This document shows, in pieces, positions 16,796 to 26,602 of a stretch of DNA of 64,000 nt. This DNA is from Candidatus Aegiribacteria sp. (GTDB lineage Bacteria > Fermentibacterota > Fermentibacteria > Fermentibacterales > JCC-6): positions 8,900-72,899 of the forward strand of contig JAWOBF010000059.1 of assembly GCA_046498225.1 (NCBI GenBank). Reading direction: 5' to 3'. The notes under the pieces are model-generated. The model was not told where the DNA came from, ran no database searches, and worked only from the letters and a program-made list of their open reading frames with translations. Every line of letters starts with the position of its first letter. Within the stretch, counting starts at the first letter, position 1. The position numbers were made by a program, and so were the translations under genes.

Positions 16796-17863
16796 TCAGG
16801 GAAGCATCTCCCTTACCTTTATGGCCAGTTTCCTCAATGCGGAGTTCCGTCCGCGGAAATTGAACACGGACTTCTTCTCTATCCCCTCGAGTACGGAAGT
16901 GTCACAGTCCAGGGAGTCCAGAAAACGTTCGAAGCCCTCGGGCGGCTCATCCGGCTCACGCCGCTCCACGGTCTTCAGGGCCTCTTCCCTGGATATCACT
17001 CCGGACCTGACCATGTTCGCGTAGAGGTACGTGTACTTGCCGAACCCGGTCCTCATTCGGAACAGGTAGCTGGAATGGGGCGTAGCCAGGCAGTCGTAGC
17101 GTACATCTGCCATGGACTTGCCGAAGTCCAGCTCCCGGTTCAGTGTTTCGTATATCTCAGGCAGGTCCCATCGGATGAAGTCCGGCAGGTTTATCTGCTT
17201 CACCCTGAACATCCTCTTCCAGGAGGGGAAGAAGTAGTCCCATCTGAGTTCCTTCAGAGGCACGTGGCCCTTCATTATGTTCCTGAAGCATACCCGGTCC
17301 ATGTAGGAGGTCTCCCGCGGAGGGGCCTCCAGCATGTCGGAGAACCCGGCGGCTATCAGTCTTATCCCCTGGCTGTCCGCCGCCCTGAATATCGCCGTGG
17401 GCATCAGGACCACGCAGGCGGAGCAGAACTCTCCTGTGGCCTCCAGGGCTCTTCTGTACACCTTCTTCAGCAGCTGGAAATCCGGCGAATATGTTATCAG
17501 GTCAACTCCCAGCCTGTCTGCGGCTTTCTTTACGAACGCCAGCGCTCCAGGGTCCTGGAAGCCGTTATCGAAATTGAAAGCCAGGCACCTCATTCCATAC
17601 CTGTTTTTCAGTGTCCACAGTGTGTAGGTGCTGTCCTTGCCCCCGCTGAAGGGAACCATCACATCGTATTTTTCGCCCCTGCCGCGGTACCGGTCCAGTA
17701 TTCTCTCAAGCTTCTTTTTTCTTGCGTCCCAGTCAATGTCGGAATACCTGGCGTCATGCTCCCTGCAGACCCGGCACACCCCTTCGTCGTCGAAATCGAT
17801 GTTCGGGTAGTTCTCCGGCAGTATGCAGCGGGTGCATCTCCTGACATCTTCCTTCATCGGCAA
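16796..17863 (-). CDS. PP-loop ATP-pyrophosphatase family protein with an N-terminal Cys4 Zn-ribbon (N-acetyl-sugar amidotransferase/WbuX-like)
   Basis: CTRCILP...CRVCREH Zn-ribbon followed by VMVPFSGGKDSTY (SGGxDS PP-loop). Confidence 0.75.
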   Translation of the reverse strand: MPMKEDVRRCTRCILPENYPNIDFDDEGVCRVCREHDARYSDIDWDARKKKLERILDRYRGRGEKYDVMVPFSGGKDSTYTLWTLKNRYGMRCLAFNFDNGFQDPGALAFVKKAADRLGVDLITYSPDFQLLKKVYRRALEATGEFCSACVVLMPTAIFRAADSQGIRLIAAGFSDMLEAPPRETSYMDRVCFRNIMKGHVPLKELRWDYFFPSWKRMFRVKQINLPDFIRWDLPEIYETLNRELDFGKSMADVRYDCLATPHSSYLFRMRTGFGKYTYLYANMVRSGVISREEALKTVERREPDEPPEGFERFLDSLDCDTSVLEGIEKKSVFNFRGRNSALRKLAIKVREMLP

Positions 17864-17946
17864 ACCTCCATGGTGCGGAATATATTTCCTAGTATTTTAA
17901 TATATAATACCACCGGCGGGAAACGGGCAATGCTCGACAGGAGGTT

Positions 17947-19698
17947 TCAGACCCGGTAGGAGACTTCCTCCTCCAGCCCGGCCTCCCTCAGGACTTCCTT
18001 CCTGCGGACCTTTCTCGTGGTGGTCTTGGGGAATTCGTCCTCCCTGATGATGAAACGGGCTATCCTCTTGTAGATGGGCTGGGATGAGTTGAAATCCCTG
18101 ACAACTTTCCTCATGTAGTCCGCCAGGTATTCCGTTGTCAGGCTGAAACCGTTCTCCTCGGCGGTGAGGATGAATTTCTCCATGTCCGGCACCACGATGA
18201 GCCAGATCTCCTCGCCCTTGGTTTCCGTCTGTTTGCCGGCCACCATGCATTCCAGGATATAACCGTCCCTGCCTACCACCAGCTCTATCTCCTCCGGGTA
18301 GACGTTCTTCCCGTTCTTTGCCACTATGACGTTCTTCTTCCGGCCGGTTATGAAGATGAAGCCGTCGTCGTCTATGTGGCCGTAGTCCCCGGTCCTGAAC
18401 CACCCGTCCTCCGAAAGGACCTCGGAAGTGGCCTCGGGGTTCCTGTAATAACCCTTCATGACATTGGGACCCCTGGCCAGTATCTCGCCGTTCCCGTCAA
18501 GGTCCGGGTCCTCTATCCTCACCGTGACGCCGGGCAGCACCGGCCCCACGGACCCCACCCTGTTCCTCTCCAGGGTGTTCACCGAGATTATGGGCGAGGT
18601 CTCCGTGAGCCCGTAGCCCTGAAGGAAGGTGAAACCAAGCTTCTGAAAACCATCCACCACGTCCGGGGCGATGCCGGCCCCGCCTGAGATGCAGAGCCTC
18701 ATCCTGCCTCCCAGCTTGTCGTGGACCTTCGAGAATATCTTCTTTCTGATCTTCCTGCTTCCCAGCAGCTCGCCGACACTGGATATGGTGAGGCCCAGCC
18801 TGTATTTGAAGGCTCCGCCGGGCATGGACTGGATGGCTCCGTATATCTTCCTGTACATGGCTTCCCAAAGAAGCGGGACCGCGAGAAGTATGGTGGCCCT
18901 GGAGTTGACGATGTCCTCCGCTATCTGACGGACTCCTCTGCTGATGTAGATCGGGACGCCGTTTGTTACCGGGAAGAGAAAGCCGCAGGTGCATTCGAAA
19001 GTATGGTGGACCGGAAGGATGGACAGGAATATGTCGCCCTCCTCAATATCAACGCTCTGAGCCATCTGCCTGATGTTTGCCAGGATGTTGTTCTGGGACA
19101 GGACCACGCCCTTGGCCTGACCGGTGGTGCCGGAGGTGTAGCAGATGGCAGCCGGCCTGTCCAGGTCCCAGCTGTCCGGAAGCACCGCGGAGCTTCCCGA
19201 GCCGTCCCTTATCAGGTCGTCGTGGGTGGGGATACCGTCGTAGTGCGCGGTGTTCATCACCGTCATAACTATATCCCGGCCGGACAGCCTGTCGGTGAAA
19301 TCCTCCGCGTACCTCTCGTCGAAGAAAAGCATGTTGGCGCCGGAGTAATGAAGAATGGTGAGCATCTCCTGCACCGGAAGCTCCCTGTCTATGGGGACCA
19401 CGGTCCCTCCGGCCCTCAGGGTGGCCAGATAGGTCGTGGCCCAGGCTATGCTGTTGCTGCCGGTCAGACCCACAACGGGGTTTTCGCACCTGTCCAGGAT
19501 GGCGCGGGCCAGCGCGTCGACCCTTCTTCTCAGTTCCCTGAAGGTCATGGAGTGGTATCCGCCACCGGCATCCGGCTCGCTGAAAGCGATCCTGTCGGGA
19601 TGCTTCTCCGCTATGGCCATAAGACCCTCGGGTATGCTCTTCAGGCCGGGATCCTCACGCAACTCCACGCCGGTAGTCTCGGTTTTCATCCTCAACAC
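17947..19698 (-). CDS. Long-chain acyl-CoA synthetase (AMP-forming)
   Basis: YTSGTTGQAKGV, QGYGLTETS, FRTGDYG and GRKKNVIVAKNGKNVYPEEIE. Confidence 0.85.
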   Translation of the reverse strand: MLRMKTETTGVELREDPGLKSIPEGLMAIAEKHPDRIAFSEPDAGGGYHSMTFRELRRRVDALARAILDRCENPVVGLTGSNSIAWATTYLATLRAGGTVVPIDRELPVQEMLTILHYSGANMLFFDERYAEDFTDRLSGRDIVMTVMNTAHYDGIPTHDDLIRDGSGSSAVLPDSWDLDRPAAICYTSGTTGQAKGVVLSQNNILANIRQMAQSVDIEEGDIFLSILPVHHTFECTCGFLFPVTNGVPIYISRGVRQIAEDIVNSRATILLAVPLLWEAMYRKIYGAIQSMPGGAFKYRLGLTISSVGELLGSRKIRKKIFSKVHDKLGGRMRLCISGGAGIAPDVVDGFQKLGFTFLQGYGLTETSPIISVNTLERNRVGSVGPVLPGVTVRIEDPDLDGNGEILARGPNVMKGYYRNPEATSEVLSEDGWFRTGDYGHIDDDGFIFITGRKKNVIVAKNGKNVYPEEIELVVGRDGYILECMVAGKQTETKGEEIWLIVVPDMEKFILTAEENGFSLTTEYLADYMRKVVRDFNSSQPIYKRIARFIIREDEFPKTTTRKVRRKEVLREAGLEEEVSYRV

Positions 19699-19780
19699 CT
19701 CACTGAAATGCGGTGATAAACGGGCAGTTCACTGTGTGGTATCAATAACACAGCATGCAGCTCGTGAAAAGTCCGCCGAA

Positions 19781-21016
19781 CTACGGCCGCGAAGTGGCGG
19801 CGAGACGGAAACCCACGAATGGATAGCCCAGCCCGGTATCAGGAAGCATCGCGGCGTCCGCTGCGCAGTCCTCCGCCGAGGAGAGCCAGCCACCCCCCAG
19901 TGCCACGGGGGATCCGCCGCTGTCCGCTGGCATGCAGTACTCCCATACGTTGCCCGCCATGTCGTGCAGTCCCCACCCGTTGCAGGGAAAGCTGCCCACC
20001 GGTGCCGTTTGAGGGAAGCCGTCGTCCATTGACGGGTGCCTGCGCAGCATTCCCTCGTTCCCGTCCGACAGGTTCAGCAGCCTGCCGCCGGGCCTCCCCC
20101 CGCCCCAGGGCCAGGGTCCGGCCCCGCCTCCGAGGTAGGCGGTCCGCCATTCTTCCTCATTCGGCAGCCTGTACACGAGTCCGGAGCTGTCCCTGCTGGT
20201 CAGCCAGCCGCAGTAATCCACAGCGGAACGGAACCGAAGGCCGGTGACAGGATGCTCCTCGAGACCCTCACGGACCGTCCACCTTCCATTCGGACCGATA
20301 TGGAAAGGCAGCGGATAATCGCTGGGAAAAACGGACTCCAGCATTTCGGTCCTTCCCCATCTGTTGGTGCTGTCCGTAACCGGCGCGGGTTCCAGCCAGT
20401 GTAGGTATTCGCAGAACTCCCCGTTGGTGACCTCGTACCGGGATATCATGTAGGAGTGCCGAAGGCCGGAAGGCGACCCCTCCCCGGCGGGCACCAGTAT
20501 CATTCCATTGTCCGCGGGACGGGGAAGAAGGTAATGAAGGGTATCCGGAAAGTTGGCGGCCAGGGAAAAGCTGTCATGGAGAACCGCGAGCCCATCCAGC
20601 GTCAGCCGCAGACGGTGGAGCCCCGGTTCGTCCAGCCGAAGAAGCAGTGGTGTGCTGCCGGATCGAGAACCGTCCACGAAGACATTCGCTCCCGGGGGGT
20701 CGCTGGTGACGCTGACGGAGAACAGATACGGAAGGTCCAGAAGGACCGGCGCGCCGGACATCGCCGGGGTAAGCAGGGTGTCGACGGATACCCTGCCGGG
20801 ATGGGAAACGGTGATGGACAGACCCTTCTGGGACACCGGTACCTGGGCCGGTGTGGTCCAGTAGTATCCCTCCCCGTCGAACACCGAAGCACCGGTGGGG
20901 GTGGAAACAACGTAAACGTAGGCTATGGGCCAGGAAGCTTCACAGATGAGAGCCGTGAACAGAAAGGCCAGGGCCGACAGCAGGATAACCGCCCAGTAGT
21001 CCAGGATTCGTCTCAT
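19781..21016 (-). CDS. Membrane-anchored PEGA-repeat protein with a C-terminal formylglycine-generating-enzyme (SUMF1/FGE-sulfatase) fold domain
   Basis: N-terminal TM (ILDYWAVILLSALAFLFTALI). PEGA-like VTSDPPGANVFVDGSRSGSTP. FGE-domain motifs YEVTNGEFCEYL, RLPNEEEW and MAGNVWEYC. Start at MRRILDYW (21016). Confidence 0.75.
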   Translation of the reverse strand: MRRILDYWAVILLSALAFLFTALICEASWPIAYVYVVSTPTGASVFDGEGYYWTTPAQVPVSQKGLSITVSHPGRVSVDTLLTPAMSGAPVLLDLPYLFSVSVTSDPPGANVFVDGSRSGSTPLLLRLDEPGLHRLRLTLDGLAVLHDSFSLAANFPDTLHYLLPRPADNGMILVPAGEGSPSGLRHSYMISRYEVTNGEFCEYLHWLEPAPVTDSTNRWGRTEMLESVFPSDYPLPFHIGPNGRWTVREGLEEHPVTGLRFRSAVDYCGWLTSRDSSGLVYRLPNEEEWRTAYLGGGAGPWPWGGGRPGGRLLNLSDGNEGMLRRHPSMDDGFPQTAPVGSFPCNGWGLHDMAGNVWEYCMPADSGGSPVALGGGWLSSAEDCAADAAMLPDTGLGYPFVGFRLAATSRP

Positions 21017-21110
21017 GTCGCGGAATACACTCCTGCAGAACTTCCTCTCTAGGCTGGTTTCCGGAGTACACATCACACCAATAATAGTAACGGCCATGCG
21101 GGGAAGCCAG

Positions 21111-21141
21111 TTTTACGGAATTCCGGCGGGAGTAGTATAAT
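21111..21141 (+). promoter_or_regulatory. Sigma70-like promoter candidate for tldD
   Basis: Perfect TATAAT at 21136-21141 with a weak -35 (TTTTAC/TTTACG at 21111-21117, 18-19 nt spacer). It lies about 60 nt upstream of the tldD ATG. Confidence 0.3.
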
Positions 21142-21201
21142 ATCAATGGAAAAGCCCATGGATATCAGGGCGGACCGGGTCCAACCTCCGGAAGGAATGA
21201 T

Positions 21202-22581
21202 ATGGTACAGAAAGATCTCAGCAGCTATGCCGGGCTGTTCTCGGAATACACCGAACTGCGGGTGCAGGAGAACAGGTCCCTGGGCATCAGCATGGTAAAC
21301 GGTGACGTCATGGCCAACAGCCGGTCCACCGTCAGCGGGGTATCCGCCCGCGCGTTCAGCCGGGGACTGTGGGGATTCGCCTCCACCCCGATAGCAGACG
21401 ACGAGAACGTAAGGAGGACCGTAGAGGCGGCCACCGGGAACGCGAACTTCCTGGCCTCCAGGGAGGGACGGGAAGGATACCTTCTGCCCTCCTCCCCGGG
21501 CAGGCACTCCATCGACCTCTCCACCTCCAGGGACAGGATGCCGCAGAAGGATATCATCAGGTTCATGAAGGAGATGGATGCCAGAATAAGGGAGAAATAC
21601 GGCAGAGTGGTCTCACGGACCCTCTCCCTGCAGCTCCTGGACATGGAGAAGTCACTTGTCACCTCCGACGGCTCGTCCAGTTACTCCATGATTCCCCGGT
21701 CTATACTCTACGTCTCCCTCAGCACCGAAACGGACGGCGAGCCGGTGGAGCTGATGGACGTTCACGGCGGGCTCGGCCAGATCGAGGACGTCTTTCTCAA
21801 CGCGGATTCGCTGTTTCAGAAAATGGACGAGCATTACGAGCAGCTCCTGAAAAAGGCCGAAGGTGTCTACCCGGAGACCGGCATGAAGGAGTGCGTTCTG
21901 GACGCCGACCTGGCGGGAATACTCTCCCACGAGGCCATTGGCCATACCACGGAGGCGGACATCGTTCGGGGAGGGTCCGTGGCCGGCGACAGCATGGGCA
22001 TGCTCGTAGCCAGCCCTCTGGTGACGCTGGTGGACTTCGCCAGCGAGGCCCTGGGAGAGACCTGTCCCGTGCCGGTGCACATAGATGACGAGGGTACCCT
22101 GGCGGAGGACACGGTAATCATCGAAGAGGGCGTACTGAAGAGATTCATGCACAACAAGGAATCCGCCGCCCATTTCGGAGTAAGACCCACCGGCAACGCC
22201 AGGGCCTACCGGTTCAGCGACGAACCGATAATCAGGATGCGGAACACAGCCATTCTGCCCGGTGAAAGCAGGCTGGAGGATATGATAGCCTCTGTAGATG
22301 ACGGCTACTACCTGATGAAATCCAGCAACGGCCAGGCCGATTCCACCAGCGAGTTCATGTTCGGCGTGGTCCAGGGCTACGAGATTAAGAAGGGGCGGCT
22401 GGGCCGGGCCATAAGGGACACCACCATCTCGGGGGTTGCCTTCGATATGCTTAAGACGGTCACCGCCGTATCCGACCAGATGAAATGGACCTGCAGCGGA
22501 ATGTGCGGGAAGAAGCAGCCGATACCGGTGGGGATGGGCGGCCCGGCGGTGCAATGCATGATGAACATTGGGGGTAAGTGA
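21202..22581 (+). CDS. tldD: TldD metalloprotease subunit
   Basis: HEAIGHTTEAD (HExxxH) and typical length and termini. 4-nt overlap with pmbA. Confidence 0.9.
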   Translation: MVQKDLSSYAGLFSEYTELRVQENRSLGISMVNGDVMANSRSTVSGVSARAFSRGLWGFASTPIADDENVRRTVEAATGNANFLASREGREGYLLPSSPGRHSIDLSTSRDRMPQKDIIRFMKEMDARIREKYGRVVSRTLSLQLLDMEKSLVTSDGSSSYSMIPRSILYVSLSTETDGEPVELMDVHGGLGQIEDVFLNADSLFQKMDEHYEQLLKKAEGVYPETGMKECVLDADLAGILSHEAIGHTTEADIVRGGSVAGDSMGMLVASPLVTLVDFASEALGETCPVPVHIDDEGTLAEDTVIIEEGVLKRFMHNKESAAHFGVRPTGNARAYRFSDEPIIRMRNTAILPGESRLEDMIASVDDGYYLMKSSNGQADSTSEFMFGVVQGYEIKKGRLGRAIRDTTISGVAFDMLKTVTAVSDQMKWTCSGMCGKKQPIPVGMGGPAVQCMMNIGGK

Positions 22582-23897
22582 TGCGGGACAGAACAGAGAT
22601 AGCCGCTTTCAGCCTGGAAGCCCTGAAAAAGGCGGGACTGGAAAAATCAGAGTGCCATCTTCGTTTCACCCGCAGTGATGAGCTGAACCTGGACAGCGGA
22701 GAGATAAGCCTCCTCAGGACAACCGACGACGTCTCCCTCACCCTCACCGGAATCGTGGAGAACAGAAAGGGCTCCGTCACCATCAACAGGACGGACGGCC
22801 GCTCCCTTGACGAAGCGGCGGCCAGAGTGCTGGACATGGCCGTTTCCTCCGAACCCGACGGCGCCAATGACATATCCCCCCGTCAGCCGAGTGGGGAGTT
22901 CGACAGGGGGCCGGACGGACCCGACCTGGACCTGATGTACCGGAGGATGAAGGATTTCCTGGAATACTCCACGGAGAAATATCCCAGCCTGATACTGGAG
23001 CAGGCCATACTGGATTTTTCCGCCGTGCGGAAGTACTACCTCAACTCCAACGGCGTGGACCTCCGGTCGAGACGGGGATGCTACTCATTCTTCCCCATGT
23101 TCACCTCAAAGGAAGGGAAGGACACGTCCTCATTCAACTACTCCGTCGTATCCATGACCGGGCTGGACCGGGAACTGCAGGACTACGGCATCATAGACGA
23201 ACTGATGGAACAGTCCACCGGGCAGGTCCGCTCCAGGGAATTCCAGGGCAAGTTCAGCGGGGACGTCATCATTACTCCCGACTGCCTGGAGGACTTCCTC
23301 AGCATGACCTGCATGTACCTGGGCGACTACCCCATGATAAAGGGCACCTCCATCTTCAGGGATTCCCTGGGCGCCGAAATCGCCCACCCCGGACTGACCC
23401 TCCGGTCGATGCCCCTGTCGGACGAACTGGCCCATGGCTACTTCATCACACACGACGGCTACGCCGCCGCCGACAGCACAATAATCGAGAACGGCGTTCT
23501 CAGGACCTTCCTGCTGAGCCTTTACGGCTCCAACAAGACAGGAAAGGCAAGGTCGGTAAACAGCGGCGGGGCCTTCGTGGTCGACCCGGGAAAGGAAAGC
23601 AGGGAGGAACTGGTCTCCTCGGTGAAGAAGGGCATCCTCCTCTGCCGGTTCTCGGGGGGCATGCCCAGCGAGAGCGGCGATTTCTCCGGAGTGGCCAAGA
23701 ACAGCTACTACATTGAGGACGGTCGGATACGGCACCCGGTAAGGGAGATAATGATATCCGGGAACCTTCGCGACCTCCTCATGAACCTTGACGGGATTTC
23801 CTCCGAGAGGGTTAACTCCGGCAGTTCCATACTGCCCTGGATAAAGGCCCGGGATATCTCCATCTTCGGCAAGCAGGGGAGTTCTTCAACGGGCTAG
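22578..23897 (+). CDS. pmbA: PmbA/TldE partner subunit of the TldD protease
   Basis: PmbA_TldD-fold paralogue lacking HExxxH. It is translationally coupled to tldD (GTGATG overlap). Confidence 0.85.
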   Translation: MMRDRTEIAAFSLEALKKAGLEKSECHLRFTRSDELNLDSGEISLLRTTDDVSLTLTGIVENRKGSVTINRTDGRSLDEAAARVLDMAVSSEPDGANDISPRQPSGEFDRGPDGPDLDLMYRRMKDFLEYSTEKYPSLILEQAILDFSAVRKYYLNSNGVDLRSRRGCYSFFPMFTSKEGKDTSSFNYSVVSMTGLDRELQDYGIIDELMEQSTGQVRSREFQGKFSGDVIITPDCLEDFLSMTCMYLGDYPMIKGTSIFRDSLGAEIAHPGLTLRSMPLSDELAHGYFITHDGYAAADSTIIENGVLRTFLLSLYGSNKTGKARSVNSGGAFVVDPGKESREELVSSVKKGILLCRFSGGMPSESGDFSGVAKNSYYIEDGRIRHPVREIMISGNLRDLLMNLDGISSERVNSGSSILPWIKARDISIFGKQGSSSTG

Positions 23898-24721
23898 GTT
23901 CCGGGATGCGCTTCATCATCGGGCGAGTATATCCTCTTCAGGAGGATGAGCATCCCGCCCACCGTCCCCACCGTCATGAGGAAGGATTCCTCCGGTCCGA
24001 AACCGCCCCAGGGCGGTGGGGTGACCGGGCTGAACAGGGTGGGCATCAGGATGTGGCCGCTTACGTTCCACCCGAAGACCATACCCGTCATCAGGTTCCA
24101 TATCCAGTGAACGGCCACCGGGTACCATAGGCCGCCGGTCACTATCCTCAGCAGGCCGAAAAGGGCTCCCGCCAGGAAGATGTTGGCCAGTCCCGCCGCC
24201 GAGGCGTTCTCGTTGCCCAGGTGCATCATGGAGAATACCGCCGATGAGAGCAGGAGCCCGGTAAGCCTGCTTTTTCTGAAACTGAGACAGTCCATCAGGA
24301 ACCCCCGGCATACGATCTCCTCCCACGCGGCGAGAAGGAGCAGGGACAGTGCGAACACGAACCACCGGCCGGAAATGCCCTGGTATTCCAGGCCGAATCG
24401 CAGCGCAACCGCCGCGAAAGGCAGGAACAGGGCCGCGGCGGAGGCGGCGGCGGCGCGGCCGTCCCCCGCTCCCAGAACGCCGGCCACCGGCGGCACCAGC
24501 CGCCAGAAGAGCAGTACGGGCAGAAGGGCCGGTATGCCTGCCAGGGCGTACCTGGGGATGAAATCCTCGATGAAGCTCAGGAAGCCGCCGGACAGAGCCT
24601 GCAAGTAACCCCATATAACCACTCCGGCCACCGCGATAGCCAGCCTTGTCAGCGGTCTGGCTTTCCCCGGGACCCCCGTCTCCAGGAATACTCCGCCCTC
24701 AGCCGGTGGCATCTGCGGCAC
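23894..24721 (-). CDS. CPBP (CAAX-type) intramembrane glutamic metalloprotease family protein
   Basis: AAWEEIVCRGFL (EExxxR), FSMMHLGN (FxxxH) and the HW motif in AVHWIWN. Polytopic. Confidence 0.8.
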   Translation of the reverse strand: MPQMPPAEGGVFLETGVPGKARPLTRLAIAVAGVVIWGYLQALSGGFLSFIEDFIPRYALAGIPALLPVLLFWRLVPPVAGVLGAGDGRAAAASAAALFLPFAAVALRFGLEYQGISGRWFVFALSLLLLAAWEEIVCRGFLMDCLSFRKSRLTGLLLSSAVFSMMHLGNENASAAGLANIFLAGALFGLLRIVTGGLWYPVAVHWIWNLMTGMVFGWNVSGHILMPTLFSPVTPPPWGGFGPEESFLMTVGTVGGMLILLKRIYSPDDEAHPGT

Positions 24722-25823
24722 TCCGGTACACTTTCATGGTCTCCATGGCGGTCCGTTCCCAGGAGAATTCTGCAGCCCGTTCAAGCCCCCTGGCGATGTA
24801 CTCATCCTTCAGCCGGGGCGAAGAAGCCAGGTTTCTCATGGCATTCGAGATTCCCGCTGTGTCCTCCGGGTCAACCAGGACGGCGGCGCCGGCGGCGGTC
24901 TCCGGAAGACACGACCTGTTTGAGGTTATCACCGGGCAGCCGCTGGACATCGCCTCTATCACCGGAAGGCCGAATCCCTCGTCCAGCGAGGGGAACAGGA
25001 AGGCCAGCGCGGAGGAATAGAGACGGCGGAGGTCCGCGGCCGACCGGTCTCTGAGAAAGATCAATCCATCCTCATTCACAGCCGTGTCCAACGGTTTTCC
25101 ACCGGTTACCATCACCAGGGAGCATTCCGCCCTCAGCCCGCCGGGGAGTTTCCTGTATGCCTCTACGATCCGGGGCAGGTTCTTCCGCGGGTCGTCCCTT
25201 CCCACAAAGAGAAAGAACCTTCCGCCGGGCCGCAGGCTGAACGGAAGCTCCTCGGAGCCGGAACCGGGACGGAATTCCCCGGACGCGGCTTCGGGAATGA
25301 CGGTGACGGGGGCTGGAATGTCCGGATAGAGTTCCAGGACCTGGTCCTTCACATAATTGGAGGGGGTTATTACCGCCGTGGACCGATCCAGTATGAGAGG
25401 CGTCCTCTTCCTGTAGAACCGCTCCAGTACGCTTCCGCAGTATTCGTTCCTGGTCAGCGGAAAGAGGTCGTGCACGGTGGAGACGAAGCGGCGGGGAAGG
25501 GCGGCGGTTCCGTAGGGGTCGGTGAGATGCACCAGGTCCACCCGGCGGGAGACCCTCATCCACATGAGTGAGGTCAGCGCGCCGGTCAGCGGCCTCATGG
25601 GCTCTCCCAGCATCCTGATATGGGGCAGGGAAGCGGTGACCCTCACGTTGGGCATGCCCTGGAAGACGCGCAGGAGCTTGTCCCTCCTGGCGGAGCTGAA
25701 GGTGGACAGAAGGTGGAAGGTGTCCTCCGGATACTGCTGCGCCAGCCCCCTTACCAGTTCCCTCGCGTATGTCTTTATTCCACCGTAACCCAGTATGTTA
25801 GTGGCGTCGAAACCGATGCGCAT
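24699..25823 (-). CDS. GT4-family (GT-B fold) glycosyltransferase
   Basis: LFPSLDEGFGLPVIEAMSSGCPVITSN (EX7E motif region) and FLFVGRDDPRKN. Confidence 0.85.
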   Translation of the reverse strand: MRIGFDATNILGYGGIKTYARELVRGLAQQYPEDTFHLLSTFSSARRDKLLRVFQGMPNVRVTASLPHIRMLGEPMRPLTGALTSLMWMRVSRRVDLVHLTDPYGTAALPRRFVSTVHDLFPLTRNEYCGSVLERFYRKRTPLILDRSTAVITPSNYVKDQVLELYPDIPAPVTVIPEAASGEFRPGSGSEELPFSLRPGGRFFLFVGRDDPRKNLPRIVEAYRKLPGGLRAECSLVMVTGGKPLDTAVNEDGLIFLRDRSAADLRRLYSSALAFLFPSLDEGFGLPVIEAMSSGCPVITSNRSCLPETAAGAAVLVDPEDTAGISNAMRNLASSPRLKDEYIARGLERAAEFSWERTAMETMKVYRSAADATG

Positions 25824-25840
25824 GTTCCGCTCTCAGAGTG

Positions 25841-26602
25841 TCACTCCCCCCGCGGCGTGCTGCGGACGATGGACATGAAACTGTCCGCCTTGAGGCTGGC
25901 ACCCCCCACCAGGGCTCCGTTGACCGACGGGCGTGAAAGTATCTCGGCGGCGTTGCCTGGTTTTACGCTTCCCCCGTACTGTATTCTGAGTTCCTCCGCG
26001 AAACCGGCGTCCGTTAGGCTCTTCACCCATTCCCTGATGAGAGAATGCATTCTCTCGGCTTCCTCCGGCGTCGCCGTAAGACCGGTACCGATGGCCCAGA
26101 CCGGTTCGTAGGCGATGACAAGGTTCACCGGCGAGGCGGTTTCAAGCCCTTCCATGGCGGCGCCTATCTGTCTTCTGACAACCTCCTCGGTCCTGTCCGC
26201 CTCCCTCTCCTCCTTCAGTTCCCCCACGCAGAGAACACCTTTCAGGCCCGCCTTCAGTCCCGCGCGCAGCTTCTTCCTCACGATCTCGTCCGTCTCTCCT
26301 ATCACGTGGCGTCTCTCGCTGTGTCCGGCTATGAACCAGGTCGCCCCCGCCCGGGACAGCATTCCAGGACTGACCTCCCCGGTGAACGCGCCCCGCTCCT
26401 CCCAGAACAGGTCCTGTCCTCCCAGTTCCACCCCGGCGTCACGGGCTTCCTGCCGCAGCAGGGGCAGAAGGGTGAAGGGGGGAAAGAGAACGATTTCCGG
26501 CCCTTCGGACGGGGAGCCCAGCTCCCTCATGCTCCGAAGGAAATCCAGCGCGTCCTCCGGTGTCCCGTTCATCTTCCAGTTGGCTCCCATTACATACTTC
26601 AT
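25841..26602 (-). CDS. tpiA: Triosephosphate isomerase
   Basis: GANWKMNG, IAGHSERR, IAYEPVWAIGTG and YGGSVKPGNA. Confidence 0.95.
   Translation of the reverse strand: MKYVMGANWKMNGTPEDALDFLRSMRELGSPSEGPEIVLFPPFTLLPLLRQEARDAGVELGGQDLFWEERGAFTGEVSPGMLSRAGATWFIAGHSERRHVIGETDEIVRKKLRAGLKAGLKGVLCVGELKEEREADRTEEVVRRQIGAAMEGLETASPVNLVIAYEPVWAIGTGLTATPEEAERMHSLIREWVKSLTDAGFAEELRIQYGGSVKPGNAAEILSRPSVNGALVGGASLKADSFMSIVRSTPRGE

Noticed and set aside
21146-21298. A 50-codon ORF (MEKPMDIRADRVQPPEGMIWYRKISAAMPGCSRNTPNCGCRRTGPWASAW) just upstream of and overlapping tldD, considered as a possible Cys-containing RiPP precursor for TldD/PmbA.
   Set aside because: It overlaps the well-supported tldD start (MVQKDLSSYAGLFSEYTELRVQEN) in another frame, has no RBS and has no leader-like features. 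It is most likely spurious.
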